Shown: positions 1 through 9,230 of the stretch, in pieces
How the letters are laid out: each line of letters starts with the position of its first letter
Numbering within the stretch: position 1 is the first letter of the stretch
Origin: Pseudomonadota bacterium
GTDB taxonomy: Bacteria; Pseudomonadota; Alphaproteobacteria; Sphingomonadales; Sphingomonadaceae
DNA length: 64,000 nt
Assembly (NCBI GenBank): GCA_041191345.1
Contig: JBEEOY010000114.1
Span: 2,143 to 66,142, forward strand
Direction: 5' to 3'
Program-made: the position numbers and the translations under genes
The notes under the pieces: generated by a model
Told to the model about the DNA's origin: nothing
Database searches by the model: none
What the model saw: only the letters and a program-made list of their open reading frames with translations

Positions 1-1883
1 GACAGGCCAATACGACGTTCCAAACTGGGCAACCCCAGCGCCCGCCGAACGGGTGGCGCAAGCCACGGATCTGGTGTTGGCAAAGCTGGCCAACTGCCTT
101 CATTCAGCCCCGCCAAAATCATCAAATCTGCCGATTGCAGCTTGGCTTCCAACAGACCCCAAATAAAGACACGCGGATGGCCCCCACGCGCGGGGCGGCA
201 ACTTATGCCATCCAGCAGATCCCGCAACAACCGGGGCAGATCAACCGGGTTGAACGTTGCTGGGCCTTCGGGTGCAAAACGCTGCAGCTTTGCGAAAAGA
301 TCGGCCAAACTTCGCCCCGTTTCACCTGCCCAAACAGCCTCACCCGCCAGAGCCTCCAGCCCTTGGCGGAGCACATCAAGCAAGTCGGCTAAGCTGCCCC
401 CTTTGGCAAAGCCCGCCTCAATCGGCGCCAACAGCGGCAGTGCAGCCTGCCACCAGATGCCTGCCACCTGGCGGCGGCGCGCCGTCCGCGCATCGCCGGT
501 TTCCAGACACCGCGTAATGCCGTCCAGACCCGCAGCTGGACGCGGGCCACGCAAGGCGAGGTCCAGCGCGCGGGCGCCATCCAGCCACGCCAATCGCGCA
601 TCGCCGGCTTGCACCAAGGGATGCTTTAGCAAGCCCAGTAAGGGCACAGGCGCAAAGCTCTCTGCCGCCGCCGTTGCAAGATCCAGCAGCAACATGCCCG
701 GTGGCGTGGCGGATAATGGCCGCCCGGCAGAGTCATCTGCCTCCACGCCCCAGCGTTTGAGATGGGCTGTGACGCGCCGGGCCAAGCCCCGATCAGGCGT
801 GACAAGGGCAACTGTGCCGGGCCTGTCCAGCGCCTCGCGAATGGCAAGGGCAATGGCCTGCGCCTCATCCGCCGGCGTCGCCACTTCAATTGCGTGGACA
901 CCCGAAAGCCGCTTTTCCGAAGCGGGAAGGCCAACCCATTTATCCGTAAAGCGCGCCGGGGCGAGCGCATTAGAAATGGCGCGCGACCGGTCAGGCGCGG
1001 CAGCCACATCGCTGCCATAGCGCCATAGCTTCACCTCTGCCCGGCCCACGCCCATGCGCTCAAGCAGTTGGAACAGATGGAATTGCGGGTGCGATTCAAT
1101 TGCCCCTTGCCCGTCCACGCCACCAATGGCCGCCCATTCCTCTTCGGGCATATGCTGGTCCAGCCCAGCAAGGATCACATGCCCATTGGCAAGGCGCGCC
1201 AACCTGCGCAGCAGCCGCGCCACTGCAGGTGCGCCCGTGCTGATGCCCGCTGCCATCACAAATCCGGGCGCGCCCTCAGCCGCCCAACGGTCCGCCACGC
1301 GCGTCAACAGCGCGTTGCGCCGGGCCGCCAAGTCCATCACGCCGCGCGTGCTGCATTCCTCGGGCCAGCGAGCCAACACCCGCATCAACAAGTCTAGGGC
1401 CGCTTCCCAATGGGCCGACAAACCTTCGGCCAGCTCTATGCTGCGCAAATCGGCAAGGCTGCGTTCTTCCACCAATAACTGGTCAAGCACGCGGCCCAAA
1501 TTGCCCGCCAGCCGCAAGGCTTGGGCGGCATCTAAAGGGCTTTCCTGCTGCAACAGCCGGGCCAAGATCATCTGGCGCTGCAAGGGCTCAATTGCAGGCG
1601 GTAATGGCGCTTCGCTCAACGGGTCTAGCGCCGGACCGGTGCGGTCATCCAGCTCTGGGTCGCCAATCGGCACCAGCCGGGGCATCAGCAAGCCTTGGTC
1701 TGCTTTGCGCACAAAGGCATCGCTTATCGCTTGGACAGCACGATTATTGGGCAGCAAGATAATGCCGCGGGCCAGCGCCATTGGGTCTGCCCCATGCTGT
1801 GCCAAAACCCCCGTCACCAAAGCATCAGCAAAGGCCCGGTGCGGCGGAATCGTGTAAACGGCGGGGTCGCGCCGTTCAGCCAT
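1..1883 (-). CDS. addB: double-strand break repair protein AddB, N-terminal ~627 codons (3' end lies beyond the left edge of the window)
   Basis: Absent from the ORF track because no stop codon lies in the window. My reverse-complement translation from ATG 1883..1881 reads MAERRDPAVYTIPPHRAFADALVTGVLAQHGADPMALARGIILLPNNR, matching my recollection of alphaproteobacterial AddB N-termini. The start overlaps the stop of the upstream gene (ATGGCTGA). The other two minus frames contain stops. Conserved synteny tsaE-kinase-nucleotidyltransferase-addB. Confidence 0.8.
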   Translation of the reverse strand, partial: MAERRDPAVYTIPPHRAFADALVTGVLAQHGADPMALARGIILLPNNRAVQAISDAFVRKADQGLLMPRLVPIGDPELDDRTGPALDPLSEAPLPPAIEPLQRQMILARLLQQESPLDAAQALRLAGNLGRVLDQLLVEERSLADLRSIELAEGLSAHWEAALDLLMRVLARWPEECSTRGVMDLAARRNALLTRVADRWAAEGAPGFVMAAGISTGAPAVARLLRRLARLANGHVILAGLDQHMPEEEWAAIGGVDGQGAIESHPQFHLFQLLERMGVGRAEVKLWRYGSDVAAAPDRSRAISNALAPARFTDKWVGLPASEKRLSGVHAIEVATPADEAQAIALAIREALDRPGTVALVTPDRGLARRVTAHLKRWGVEADDSAGRPLSATPPGMLLLDLATAAAESFAPVPLLGLLKHPLVQAGDARLAWLDGARALDLALRGPRPAAGLDGITRCLETGDARTARRRQVAGIWWQAALPLLAPIEAGFAKGGSLADLLDVLRQGLEALAGEAVWAGETGRSLADLFAKLQRFAPEGPATFNPVDLPRLLRDLLDGISCRPARGGHPRVFIWGLLEAKLQSADLMILAGLNEGSWPALPTPDPWLAPPVRRALGLPSLERRIGL

Positions 1884-2637
1884 GGGCGATGACAGCCTCT
1901 GTCACCGGGATGGCCGCTGGCGTGCCGACATCAAACCACAGCCCTTGATGGACAAGGCCAAAGCAACGCCCCTCGGCAATGGCGCGATCCCAGAAGAGAT
2001 TGGTGGAAAATGGCCCCTCAGGCGCATCTTTCAACACGCGCTTCGACATCATCTGAATGCCCGTATACACGAAAGGCGCAACTTTGCCGGGCTGACGGCG
2101 CGACAACCGGCCCAGCCCATCCATATAGAAATCACCCGCGCCATTATGGTTATGCGCCCGCGCCTGTGGCACCAGCAGCAACAGCGCGTCCATCATCGCG
2201 TCATCCCAGCGGCTTGCCAAAAGGCGCAATGTATTGACGGGGCCGTCGACCCATAGATTATCGCTGTTCACGCACAAAAACGGGTCAGCATCAATTAAGT
2301 GCTGGGCGTGCATCAGACCGCCCCCTGTTTCCAGCAATTGGGCGCGTTCATCCGAAATCACTATTTCTGGCCCAACAGCACGGCGCTGGACATGCGCCTC
2401 CAGCGCATCAGCAAGATAATGGACGTTGACCACGGCCTTTTCGACGCCGCCTTCGGCCAGCCGATCCAGACAATGATCAAGCAATGTCTTGCCCCCCACT
2501 TCCACCAGCGGCTTGGGCCGCGTGGCGGTTAGAGGGCGCATCCGTTTGCCCAACCCGGCCGCCATAACCATTGCAGTGCGCGGGGGGGCTGCGTCCACAT
2601 CTGCCGAAACAGCCAAAGGCTTGCGGGCGGTGCTCAT
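1876..2637 (-). CDS. nucleotidyltransferase family protein, MurU-like (N-acetylmuramate-1-phosphate uridylyltransferase-like)
   Basis: 253-aa ORF. N-terminal sugar-nucleotidyltransferase signature MVMAAGLGKRMRPLTATRPKPLV. ATGA overlap with the upstream kinase gene. Adjacent to an AmgK-like kinase, as in peptidoglycan-recycling gene pairs. Confidence 0.8.
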   Translation of the reverse strand: MSTARKPLAVSADVDAAPPRTAMVMAAGLGKRMRPLTATRPKPLVEVGGKTLLDHCLDRLAEGGVEKAVVNVHYLADALEAHVQRRAVGPEIVISDERAQLLETGGGLMHAQHLIDADPFLCVNSDNLWVDGPVNTLRLLASRWDDAMMDALLLLVPQARAHNHNGAGDFYMDGLGRLSRRQPGKVAPFVYTGIQMMSKRVLKDAPEGPFSTNLFWDRAIAEGRCFGLVHQGLWFDVGTPAAIPVTEAVIAHG

Positions 2638-3620
2638 GGCTGAAAATCAACCCAATAGGCTGCGCGCTTTTCCGCCGGCACATAGCTGTCAAACCAGTGG
2701 CGCACTGGCGCCATATTCGGCTGTGCCAAATTGCGCTCCAACAGGCCCCACATCCGTGGCTGAAAGCTGGTATAATGCGGCTTACCATCGCGCTTCCACA
2801 GGCGAACAAACACTCCCAAAATGCGGGTGTTGCGCTGTGCCCCCAGCGCCCAATATGCCGCCTCAAACTCTGCACCCTGGCCAGTTTCTGCCATGTAGCG
2901 CGCCAATTCTGCCGCCTCGACAGATGGGCTTACATCGCGCCTTGCATCTTCCAGCATCGAGACAAGATCATAAGCAGGGTGGCCGACCAGCGCATCTTGG
3001 AAATCAAGCAGGCCAAAACGTGCCACGCCCGATTTTCCCTCAAGCAGCATGATGTTTTCGGCATGATAGTCGCGCAATTCGGTAACATTTTGGCCCTGCG
3101 CCTCAATTGGGGCGAGCGCCTCTTCCCACGCCGCGATAAAGCTCTGCTTATCAACATCAAGGCCAACGGCAGGGCAATACCAATCCGTAAACAGCCCAAT
3201 TTCATCAAGCCATTGCGCCAAGCCATGCGGCTTGAGCCCGGCAGGTGGGGCATGGCGATGCAGCGCAATCAGCACATCTACAACGCCTGCATAAATGCTG
3301 CGTTCCTGCGAGAGATCAGCATCGACGGTTTCGCGCATCCGCACCGCGCCAAAATCTTCAATCAGCAGCAAGCCCTGATCTAAATCACGCGCCAAAATCT
3401 GCGGTGCAGCAAGGCCAATCGACGTCAGATATTCTGCGACATGAATGAAAGGCCGTGGGTCTTCCTGCGGTGGCGGCGCATCCATCAGGACTGCGCTGCG
3501 CGCGCCATCAACAATGCGGAAATAGCGGCGGAATGAAGCATCGCCAGCCAGCGGCAAAATCTGCGCGCCAGCCCAGCCAGCTTGATCCAAAAAAGCCACA
3601 GCACCGGGCGGAGGAGTCAT
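2634..3620 (-). CDS. aminoglycoside phosphotransferase-fold kinase, AmgK-like (anomeric MurNAc/GlcNAc kinase-like)
   Basis: APH-fold motifs LRDYHAENIMLL and LLDFQDA. The ORF track extends to 3746, but ATG 3620..3618 forms an ATGA overlap with the tsaE stop (3617..3619), and the N-terminus MTPPPGAVAFLDQAGW then looks normal. Confidence 0.8.
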   Translation of the reverse strand: MTPPPGAVAFLDQAGWAGAQILPLAGDASFRRYFRIVDGARSAVLMDAPPPQEDPRPFIHVAEYLTSIGLAAPQILARDLDQGLLLIEDFGAVRMRETVDADLSQERSIYAGVVDVLIALHRHAPPAGLKPHGLAQWLDEIGLFTDWYCPAVGLDVDKQSFIAAWEEALAPIEAQGQNVTELRDYHAENIMLLEGKSGVARFGLLDFQDALVGHPAYDLVSMLEDARRDVSPSVEAAELARYMAETGQGAEFEAAYWALGAQRNTRILGVFVRLWKRDGKPHYTSFQPRMWGLLERNLAQPNMAPVRHWFDSYVPAEKRAAYWVDFQP

Positions 3621-4072
3621 TTGAAGGGCCATCGATCTTCCCAAGACGGGGACAGACGGGCTGTCAAGCGGCGCGGCCCATCTGCAGGCAGCGAGATGTG
3701 GAGACGCAGCGTTTGCGGCCATAGCCAAGCCAGACGTTCGGGCCATTCAATGACCAGCGCGCCATCATAGAGCGCATCATCCAGCCCCAATTCCTCCGCA
3801 TCCTCCGGGCTATCCAGCCGATAAAGATCAACATGCCAGAGCGGCAAGCGGATCTGCGGCGGGGCATAAGGAATAACGAGGGCAAAGCTGGGGCTCGGCG
3901 CATCTTCTTCCAGCCCCAATTCAGCCAAAATGCCGCGGGTCAGGCTGGTCTTGCCTGCTCCCAAATCGCCCGACAGGGCCACGACATCGCCCGCGCGCAA
4001 CAGCGCACCAAGGGCTTGCCCCGCATCATGCGTGGCCTGTGCATCGGGTAATGAAAGTGTTTTTTCAATCAT
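3617..4072 (-). CDS. tsaE: tRNA threonylcarbamoyladenosine biosynthesis ATPase TsaE
   Basis: 151 aa. P-loop GDLGAGKTSLTRGI. HVDLYRL motif. ATGA overlap with the upstream kinase stop. Confidence 0.9.
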   Translation of the reverse strand: MIEKTLSLPDAQATHDAGQALGALLRAGDVVALSGDLGAGKTSLTRGILAELGLEEDAPSPSFALVIPYAPPQIRLPLWHVDLYRLDSPEDAEELGLDDALYDGALVIEWPERLAWLWPQTLRLHISLPADGPRRLTARLSPSWEDRWPFK

Positions 4073-6429
4073 AGGCGCGGCAACTCTATCTGCACCGCGG
4101 TGCCCAAGCCAAGCTCTGAAATCAAGCTGAGTGTCCCGCCATGGCCTTCGACATATTGGCGCGCCAAAGGCAGGCCCAGCCCAAGCGCCCGGCCAGTGGC
4201 ATCTGCCGCCTGTGCGCCCGCGCGGCTAAACCGATCCAGTGCCCGGGCTTGATCGCGCGCATCCATGCCTGGGCCATTATCCGAAACAACAATGAGCGCC
4301 GTGGCATCATTGCCGCTGCCATGGATAAGAACACGCCCCCCATCTGGCGTATAAACAATGGCATTCTCTAACAGCTGGTCAATGGCCTGACGCAATCGCC
4401 GCACATCGCCGCGTATCATGCCCAGCGAGGCCTGAAGATCGAGCACGAACTCTAGCTGCTTGGCCTCAATTTGCGGCTCAAAAGCCTGTGCCGCCTCTGC
4501 CAGCATCGCCGCCAAATCCACAGATTTGCGCTCCATAGGCAAGGCACCCGCATCGCCTTGGGTTAAATCCAGCACATTATCAATCAACGTGCCGAGCCGC
4601 CCCGTCGACTCCAAGATCGCTGCAATATAGTCTGCCGCTTGCGGAGACAGCGTCCCTGCAAGACCGCCCTGGAGCATTTCTGCAAAGCCCTGAATAGAGG
4701 TGAGTGGCGTCCGCAACTCATAGCTCATATTGGCGACAAAGGCTGTTTTGACGCGGTCCGCCTCTTCCAGAGCAAGGGCGCGTTCCCGCAGCATCTGTTC
4801 CACATGGCGGCTGTCTGTCACGTCCAGCATAGTAAAGAGCGCCGCCCCATCGGGGAGCGGGACCGCCGCAAAATCATATTGGCGGCCATTACGCAGCGCA
4901 AAGCGCCCCGTGCGTTGTTTGCGCTCTTGCGTGGCCGAGCGGACCAACTCCCGCATCAGGCGAGCCCGTTCTGGCGCAGCAAGCTTGGGCGCGATTGCCT
5001 CGACCAGCGCATCAACTCGCGGATGGCCCGATAGAAAATCTTCTTCAAAATCCCAAACATCAACAAAGCGGCGGTTCCACGTTGTCAGCCGCCCACTCGC
5101 TTCAAAAACGCCAATAGCTTCAAACAAATTATCCAGCGTGGCGCGCCGAACACGCAACAGAGTGTCCCGCGCAATTGCCAATTGGGCCTGCTCGGTGCGG
5201 TCTTCAAAAATGGTCAGCAGCCCGCCATCTGGCAAAGGCTGCGCTACACAGCGCAAATGGGCCCCGCCGGGCAGAACCCAGCTTTCCTCAATTGCGCCAT
5301 CTGCTCTGGTAAACCATTGGCGGCGCTCTGCTTTCCATGCGGGAAAATCCCGCATTTCAGGCACGCGCCGGGCTTCGCGCATCCGATCTAACAGCCGATC
5401 AAAATCGGGGCGCTCCGCCACCCATTCAGGCTTTAGGCTAAAAAGTTGCTGGAACGGGCGGTTGCAAAAAACCAGCCCATGGTCGGGCGCAAACTGGGCA
5501 ACAGCGGCCGACAACCGGTCCAGCGTATCGCGCTGTGCCTCAGCAAAGCGACGAAAGGCGGCACGCGCCCGTTCGACATCTTCGACATCAATGGCATAGC
5601 CAGCAACACCTGCATCCCCCAGCGGCACATCGACAATGCGGATGGTGCGCCGTTCGCCCGTCAGTGTCGCGGGCACAATCCGCCATACAGCTTGGCCGCT
5701 TTGCATCGCCTCGGCAGCTGCTTGCACCGGTGAGAGGCCCTGAGCATTATCAGATAATTCAAGGCCACGCTGCACAACTTCTTGTGCGCTTTCTGCTTCC
5801 ACCGCTCGGACATAAGCAGAATTCACCCGCATCAGCCGCAAATCCGGCCCGCGATGCCACATGGGAAATGGAGCAGCTTCTAGCAAGCCCGATATCGTCG
5901 CAAAATCGGCAGACAAATGGCCGACATCTGCTGTTAGGCGGGCAATTTCGGCACTGGTTTCCGTCGCATCAAAAAACCAGATGGTTACGGCTTTTGGCCC
6001 CGCAATTCGGCTAGAGGCTAAAGCGCCCTTCGCCAGCAAGGTTCGATTGCCTTTTTGCGGCACAAAGCTGCGCGTAAAGCTGCGAGCTGTTTTTCGAGCC
6101 GCGGCAATATCTTCTTCCAACGCGACCAGGTCTTGGGCGGTAAGGCCAGCATCACTGGTAGATAAATCCGCCAGCTTTTCAGGCATCCGCGCCAGCCCCA
6201 GCCACGACATAAGGCGCGGTTGGGCCTCTATTTTACCATTTTGACGGACAAGCAAGGGGCTGGCAGGTGCACCATCCAAAAGAATGGCCAGTCGATCTGC
6301 CTGATCGCTACTGCGGCCAACACGCCGTTGCAGGCTAAGGCCAGTGGCAAGCGCCCATGCGCTCGCCGCAAGCCAAAGCGCCATGACGGATCCCGCCAGA
6401 AACGCGGCTGTGGTCGAGAGAGTTACCAT
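4069..6429 (-). CDS. membrane-anchored PAS-domain sensor histidine kinase (HisKA/HATPase_c)
   Basis: 786 aa. N-terminal TM segments. H-box SYELRTPLTSIQGFAEML, N-box LLENAIVYTP, G1 VSDNGPGM, G2 GLGLGLPLARQ. Confidence 0.9.
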   Translation of the reverse strand: MVTLSTTAAFLAGSVMALWLAASAWALATGLSLQRRVGRSSDQADRLAILLDGAPASPLLVRQNGKIEAQPRLMSWLGLARMPEKLADLSTSDAGLTAQDLVALEEDIAAARKTARSFTRSFVPQKGNRTLLAKGALASSRIAGPKAVTIWFFDATETSAEIARLTADVGHLSADFATISGLLEAAPFPMWHRGPDLRLMRVNSAYVRAVEAESAQEVVQRGLELSDNAQGLSPVQAAAEAMQSGQAVWRIVPATLTGERRTIRIVDVPLGDAGVAGYAIDVEDVERARAAFRRFAEAQRDTLDRLSAAVAQFAPDHGLVFCNRPFQQLFSLKPEWVAERPDFDRLLDRMREARRVPEMRDFPAWKAERRQWFTRADGAIEESWVLPGGAHLRCVAQPLPDGGLLTIFEDRTEQAQLAIARDTLLRVRRATLDNLFEAIGVFEASGRLTTWNRRFVDVWDFEEDFLSGHPRVDALVEAIAPKLAAPERARLMRELVRSATQERKQRTGRFALRNGRQYDFAAVPLPDGAALFTMLDVTDSRHVEQMLRERALALEEADRVKTAFVANMSYELRTPLTSIQGFAEMLQGGLAGTLSPQAADYIAAILESTGRLGTLIDNVLDLTQGDAGALPMERKSVDLAAMLAEAAQAFEPQIEAKQLEFVLDLQASLGMIRGDVRRLRQAIDQLLENAIVYTPDGGRVLIHGSGNDATALIVVSDNGPGMDARDQARALDRFSRAGAQAADATGRALGLGLPLARQYVEGHGGTLSLISELGLGTAVQIELPRL

Positions 6430-6444
6430 CCCCCAAAATACGCA

Positions 6445-6473
6445 AAGAGGCCCGACACCATGTCGGACCTCTT
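6445..6473 (-). terminator. hairpin downstream of ahcY (13-bp stem with one mismatch, 3-nt loop), followed on the minus strand by UUUGCGUAUUUUGGGGG
   Basis: Arms aagaggcccgaca / tgtcggacctctt read directly. The U-rich tail runs into the GGGGG just before the kinase ATG at 6429. Confidence 0.45.
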
Positions 6474-6520
6474 ACGAAAATCGGCGACGGAAAGAAACCG
6501 CCCCTTAGTCTTAAAACCGA

Positions 6521-7927
6521 TTAATAACGGTAATGATCTGGCTTGAACGGGCCTTGTTGTGTCACCCCGATATAAGCAGCCTGCTTAGGCGACAGCTTGG
6601 TCAGCTTAACGCCCAGCTTTTCAAGGTGAAGTGCGGCCACCTTTTCATCCAGATGCTTGGGCAGAACATAGACCTTATTCTCATAGTCGCCATTCTTGGT
6701 GAACAGCTCAATCTGCGCCAGCACCTGATTGGTGAAGGATGACGACATAACGAACGAGGGGTGGCCCGTCGCGCAGCCCAAATTCACCAGACGGCCCTTG
6801 GCGAGAATGATGATCTTCTTGCCATCGGGGAATTCCACCAAGTCTGTGCCCGGCTTAATTTCGTCCCATTTATAGTTCGACAGGGCCGAAATCTGAATTT
6901 CGCTATCGAAATGGCCGATATTGCAGACAATCGACATCGGCTTCATGGCCTTCATATGTTCGGCTGTGATGACGTCTTCATTGCCCGTTGCCGTCACGAA
7001 GATGTCGGCACGTTCCACGGCCTCTTCCATCGTCACGACTTCATAGCCTTCCATCGCGGCTTGAAGCGCGCAGATGGGGTCAATTTCGGTCACCAGCACA
7101 CGCGCACCGCCCTGACGCAGCGAAGCGGCTGAGCCCTTGCCCACATCGCCAAAGCCCGCGACACAGGCAATCTTGCCGGCCAGCATCACGTCCGTTGCGC
7201 GGCGGATGGCGTCGACCAGTGATTCCTTACAGCCGTAAAGATTATCGAACTTCGACTTAGTCACGCTGTCGTTCACGTTGATCGCCGGGAAAGGCAGCTT
7301 GCCGTCCTTAGCAATCTGATAGAGGCGGTGGACGCCGGTGGTCGTCTCTTCCGACACGCCCTTAATGTGCGCGACCGACATGGTCAGATAGCCCGGTTTT
7401 TCCTTGATGAAGGCCTTCAAAGCGCGCTGAAATTCAATTTCTTCCGCATTGCCAGGTTCGGGCAGTGTTTCGCCCGCTTCCAAGCGCGCACCCCACAGAG
7501 CGAACATGGTGGCATCGCCACCATCATCCAAAATCATATTGGTGGTTTCATTGCCCCAATCGAAGATGCGGCCCACATAATCCCAATATTCGGCAAGGCT
7601 TTCGCCCTTTACCGCAAAGACAGGAATGCCGCGTGCCGCAATGGCAGCAGCAGCATGGTCTTGCGTGGAATAGATATTGCACGTCGCCCAGCGGACCTCA
7701 GCCCCCAGATCCACCAAGGTTTCAATCAGCACTGCCGTCTGGATTGTCATGTGGAGCGACCCCGTAATGCGGGCGCCCTTTAATGGCTTTGACGCGCCAT
7801 ATTCCGCACGCAGCGCCATCAGGCCCGGCATTTCGGTTTCAGCAATTTCAATTTCCTTGCGACCAAAATCGGCAAGGCTCAGATCGGCGACGACATAATC
7901 ATGGGCCACGGGATATATCTCCGGCAA
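6521..7927 (-). CDS. ahcY: adenosylhomocysteinase
   Basis: 468 aa. Very characteristic sequence ([27 protein letters not shown]; NAD site [10 protein letters not shown]; C-terminal PDHYRY). Confidence 0.97.
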   Translation of the reverse strand: MPEIYPVAHDYVVADLSLADFGRKEIEIAETEMPGLMALRAEYGASKPLKGARITGSLHMTIQTAVLIETLVDLGAEVRWATCNIYSTQDHAAAAIAARGIPVFAVKGESLAEYWDYVGRIFDWGNETTNMILDDGGDATMFALWGARLEAGETLPEPGNAEEIEFQRALKAFIKEKPGYLTMSVAHIKGVSEETTTGVHRLYQIAKDGKLPFPAINVNDSVTKSKFDNLYGCKESLVDAIRRATDVMLAGKIACVAGFGDVGKGSAASLRQGGARVLVTEIDPICALQAAMEGYEVVTMEEAVERADIFVTATGNEDVITAEHMKAMKPMSIVCNIGHFDSEIQISALSNYKWDEIKPGTDLVEFPDGKKIIILAKGRLVNLGCATGHPSFVMSSSFTNQVLAQIELFTKNGDYENKVYVLPKHLDEKVAALHLEKLGVKLTKLSPKQAAYIGVTQQGPFKPDHYRY

Positions 7928-8015
7928 AAATGGAATATCCCCGCCCTAGCGGTTCACACGCGATATGGCAATCCAAATATAAAGCTTTCTTTATATCCTT
8001 ATCTCCGGTGCGTTC

Positions 8016-8576
8016 TCAGGCATTCCCGCTCGCCGTGGATAAAAGCCGAGGATCAATGCCGCTGGCATGAAACGCGCGGGTCCAGCGCTCTTCAGCAGGC
8101 ATCTCAAACACAAGCGCATCCTCACACGGCGCGACGTGCCAACCATGCTGGTGCATTTCATCGTCCAGCTGACCTGCCCCCCAGCCGGCATAGCCCAGCG
8201 CGACCAGCCAGCGCGAAGGCCCTCGCCCAGCCGCAATGGCTTTCAAAACATCCTGTGTGCTGGTTAGCCCCCATTTATCGGCCACTTGCAACGTGCCTTC
8301 TCCAGCCCAATCCGTCGCATGCAGCACAAAGCCACGGGCGGGCTCAACTGGGCCGCCAAAATGCACAGGAACATTCGGCGCTACGCCAGGATCAAGACCC
8401 AATTGCGCCATGAGCTTGTGAAAGCCAATGCCCTCCAACTCATGCCCAATGCCAATGCCCAGCGCCCCTGCTTCATCATGTGCGCACAGGGCAATGACTG
8501 CATGGTCAAAGCGCGGATCCCCAATGCCCGGCATGGCGAGCAGCAATTGTCCCGTTAGGAATCGTGCGTTGGTCAT
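8016..8576 (-). CDS. YqgE/AlgH family protein (UPF0301)
   Basis: 186 aa. LTGQLLLAMPGIGDPRFDHAVIALCAHDEAGALGIGIG matches my recollection of the family. Confidence 0.85.
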   Translation of the reverse strand: MTNARFLTGQLLLAMPGIGDPRFDHAVIALCAHDEAGALGIGIGHELEGIGFHKLMAQLGLDPGVAPNVPVHFGGPVEPARGFVLHATDWAGEGTLQVADKWGLTSTQDVLKAIAAGRGPSRWLVALGYAGWGAGQLDDEMHQHGWHVAPCEDALVFEMPAEERWTRAFHASGIDPRLLSTASGNA

Positions 8577-8653
8577 GCTCTGCCCCTACCCCATATCTGG
8601 CTGGGCTGAAATAACAGGCCGCAAGAACCAATCATGTGGCCGCGACCAACGCT

Positions 8654-9004
8654 CTACTCGTCCTTCTTCAATTCCCGGCTTGCCGCATCCGCAGCCCGGT
8701 CCACTTTGTTGGCGCCTTTTTTGAGGCTGTCTTTGACATCTTGGCCCACCTCTTTCGCCTCTTGGGTGGCATTGCGGCCAACGGCCTTTAGGTCTTGTTC
8801 AGCCGCTTTTGCTTCAGCCTTGGCGGCCTCGCCAGCCCGATCAAGGTCCTCGCCAACATCCTCCAGCTTCTTATCCGCAGCATCACCTGCCTGGTCGATA
8901 CGCGCGCCAGCTTCGGCTGCCGTTGGTTTTTCATCATTATTTGCATCGCAGCCCATCAGCGCCAGCCCGACCATCCCCAAGATAAAATAGATCCGCATCC
9001 TCAT
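8654..9004 (-). CDS. small lipoprotein with charged, Ala/Lys/Asp/Glu-rich helical repeats (LEA/YtxH-like stress protein)
   Basis: Signal peptide plus lipobox MRMRIYFILGMVGLALMGC. AGGAG lies immediately upstream of ATG 9004, and ATG 8998 is an alternative start. The ORF-track start at 9058 adds a non-signal N-extension. An EcfG-type promoter lies upstream. Confidence 0.6.
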   Translation of the reverse strand: MRMRIYFILGMVGLALMGCDANNDEKPTAAEAGARIDQAGDAADKKLEDVGEDLDRAGEAAKAEAKAAEQDLKAVGRNATQEAKEVGQDVKDSLKKGANKVDRAADAASRELKKDE

Positions 9005-9041
9005 CTCCTGTGTCATTGGCGAAAGCGTCCATGGGTTTGCA

Positions 9042-9067
9042 AACCGCGCAGTCGCCACTCATGTTCC
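9042..9067 (-). promoter_or_regulatory. EcfG-type promoter candidate, GGAAC-N17-GGTT, upstream of the lipoprotein gene
   Basis: Minus strand reads GGAACatgagtggcgactgcgcGGTT. The -10 element lies ~38 nt upstream of ATG 9004. Confidence 0.45.
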
Positions 9068-9161
9068 GATGGGATGTCTCTTCGTGCGTCACGGCAAAGC
9101 CAGCTCCGTCCCGAGCGCGCCTGCAGGCCCGCACAGACCCCTAACGTAGACTAGCAGCACG

Positions 9162-9186
9162 GGAACTTCGGGCTGAGCACCCCGTT
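9162..9186 (+). promoter_or_regulatory. EcfG-type promoter, perfect GGAAC-N16-CGTT, upstream of the PEP-CTERM gene
   Basis: Reads GGAACttcgggctgagcacccCGTT. The -10 element lies 45 nt upstream of ATG 9231. Confidence 0.65.
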
Positions 9187-9230
9187 GCTCAAGTCCCTCC
9201 ATGTAATCGCTTATTTTGAAAGGTCTGCTT

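Noticed and set aside
142-1857. Long plus-strand ORFs 142..1020 (292 aa) and 1054..1857 (267 aa).
   Set aside because: They are Arg/Ser/Ala/Pro-rich with no recognisable motifs, and they lie antisense to a frame that translates into a clean AddB N-terminus. This is the usual antisense-frame artefact of GC-rich coding DNA.
7928-8015. Possible SAH riboswitch in the ahcY leader.
   Set aside because: The leader is only 88 nt. I could not find the conserved SAH-riboswitch core or a plausible pseudoknotted structure. It contains only an AT-rich 8-bp hairpin (7977-7996: atataaag/ctttatat), which is more likely a weak terminator for the upstream YqgE gene or part of the ahcY promoter.
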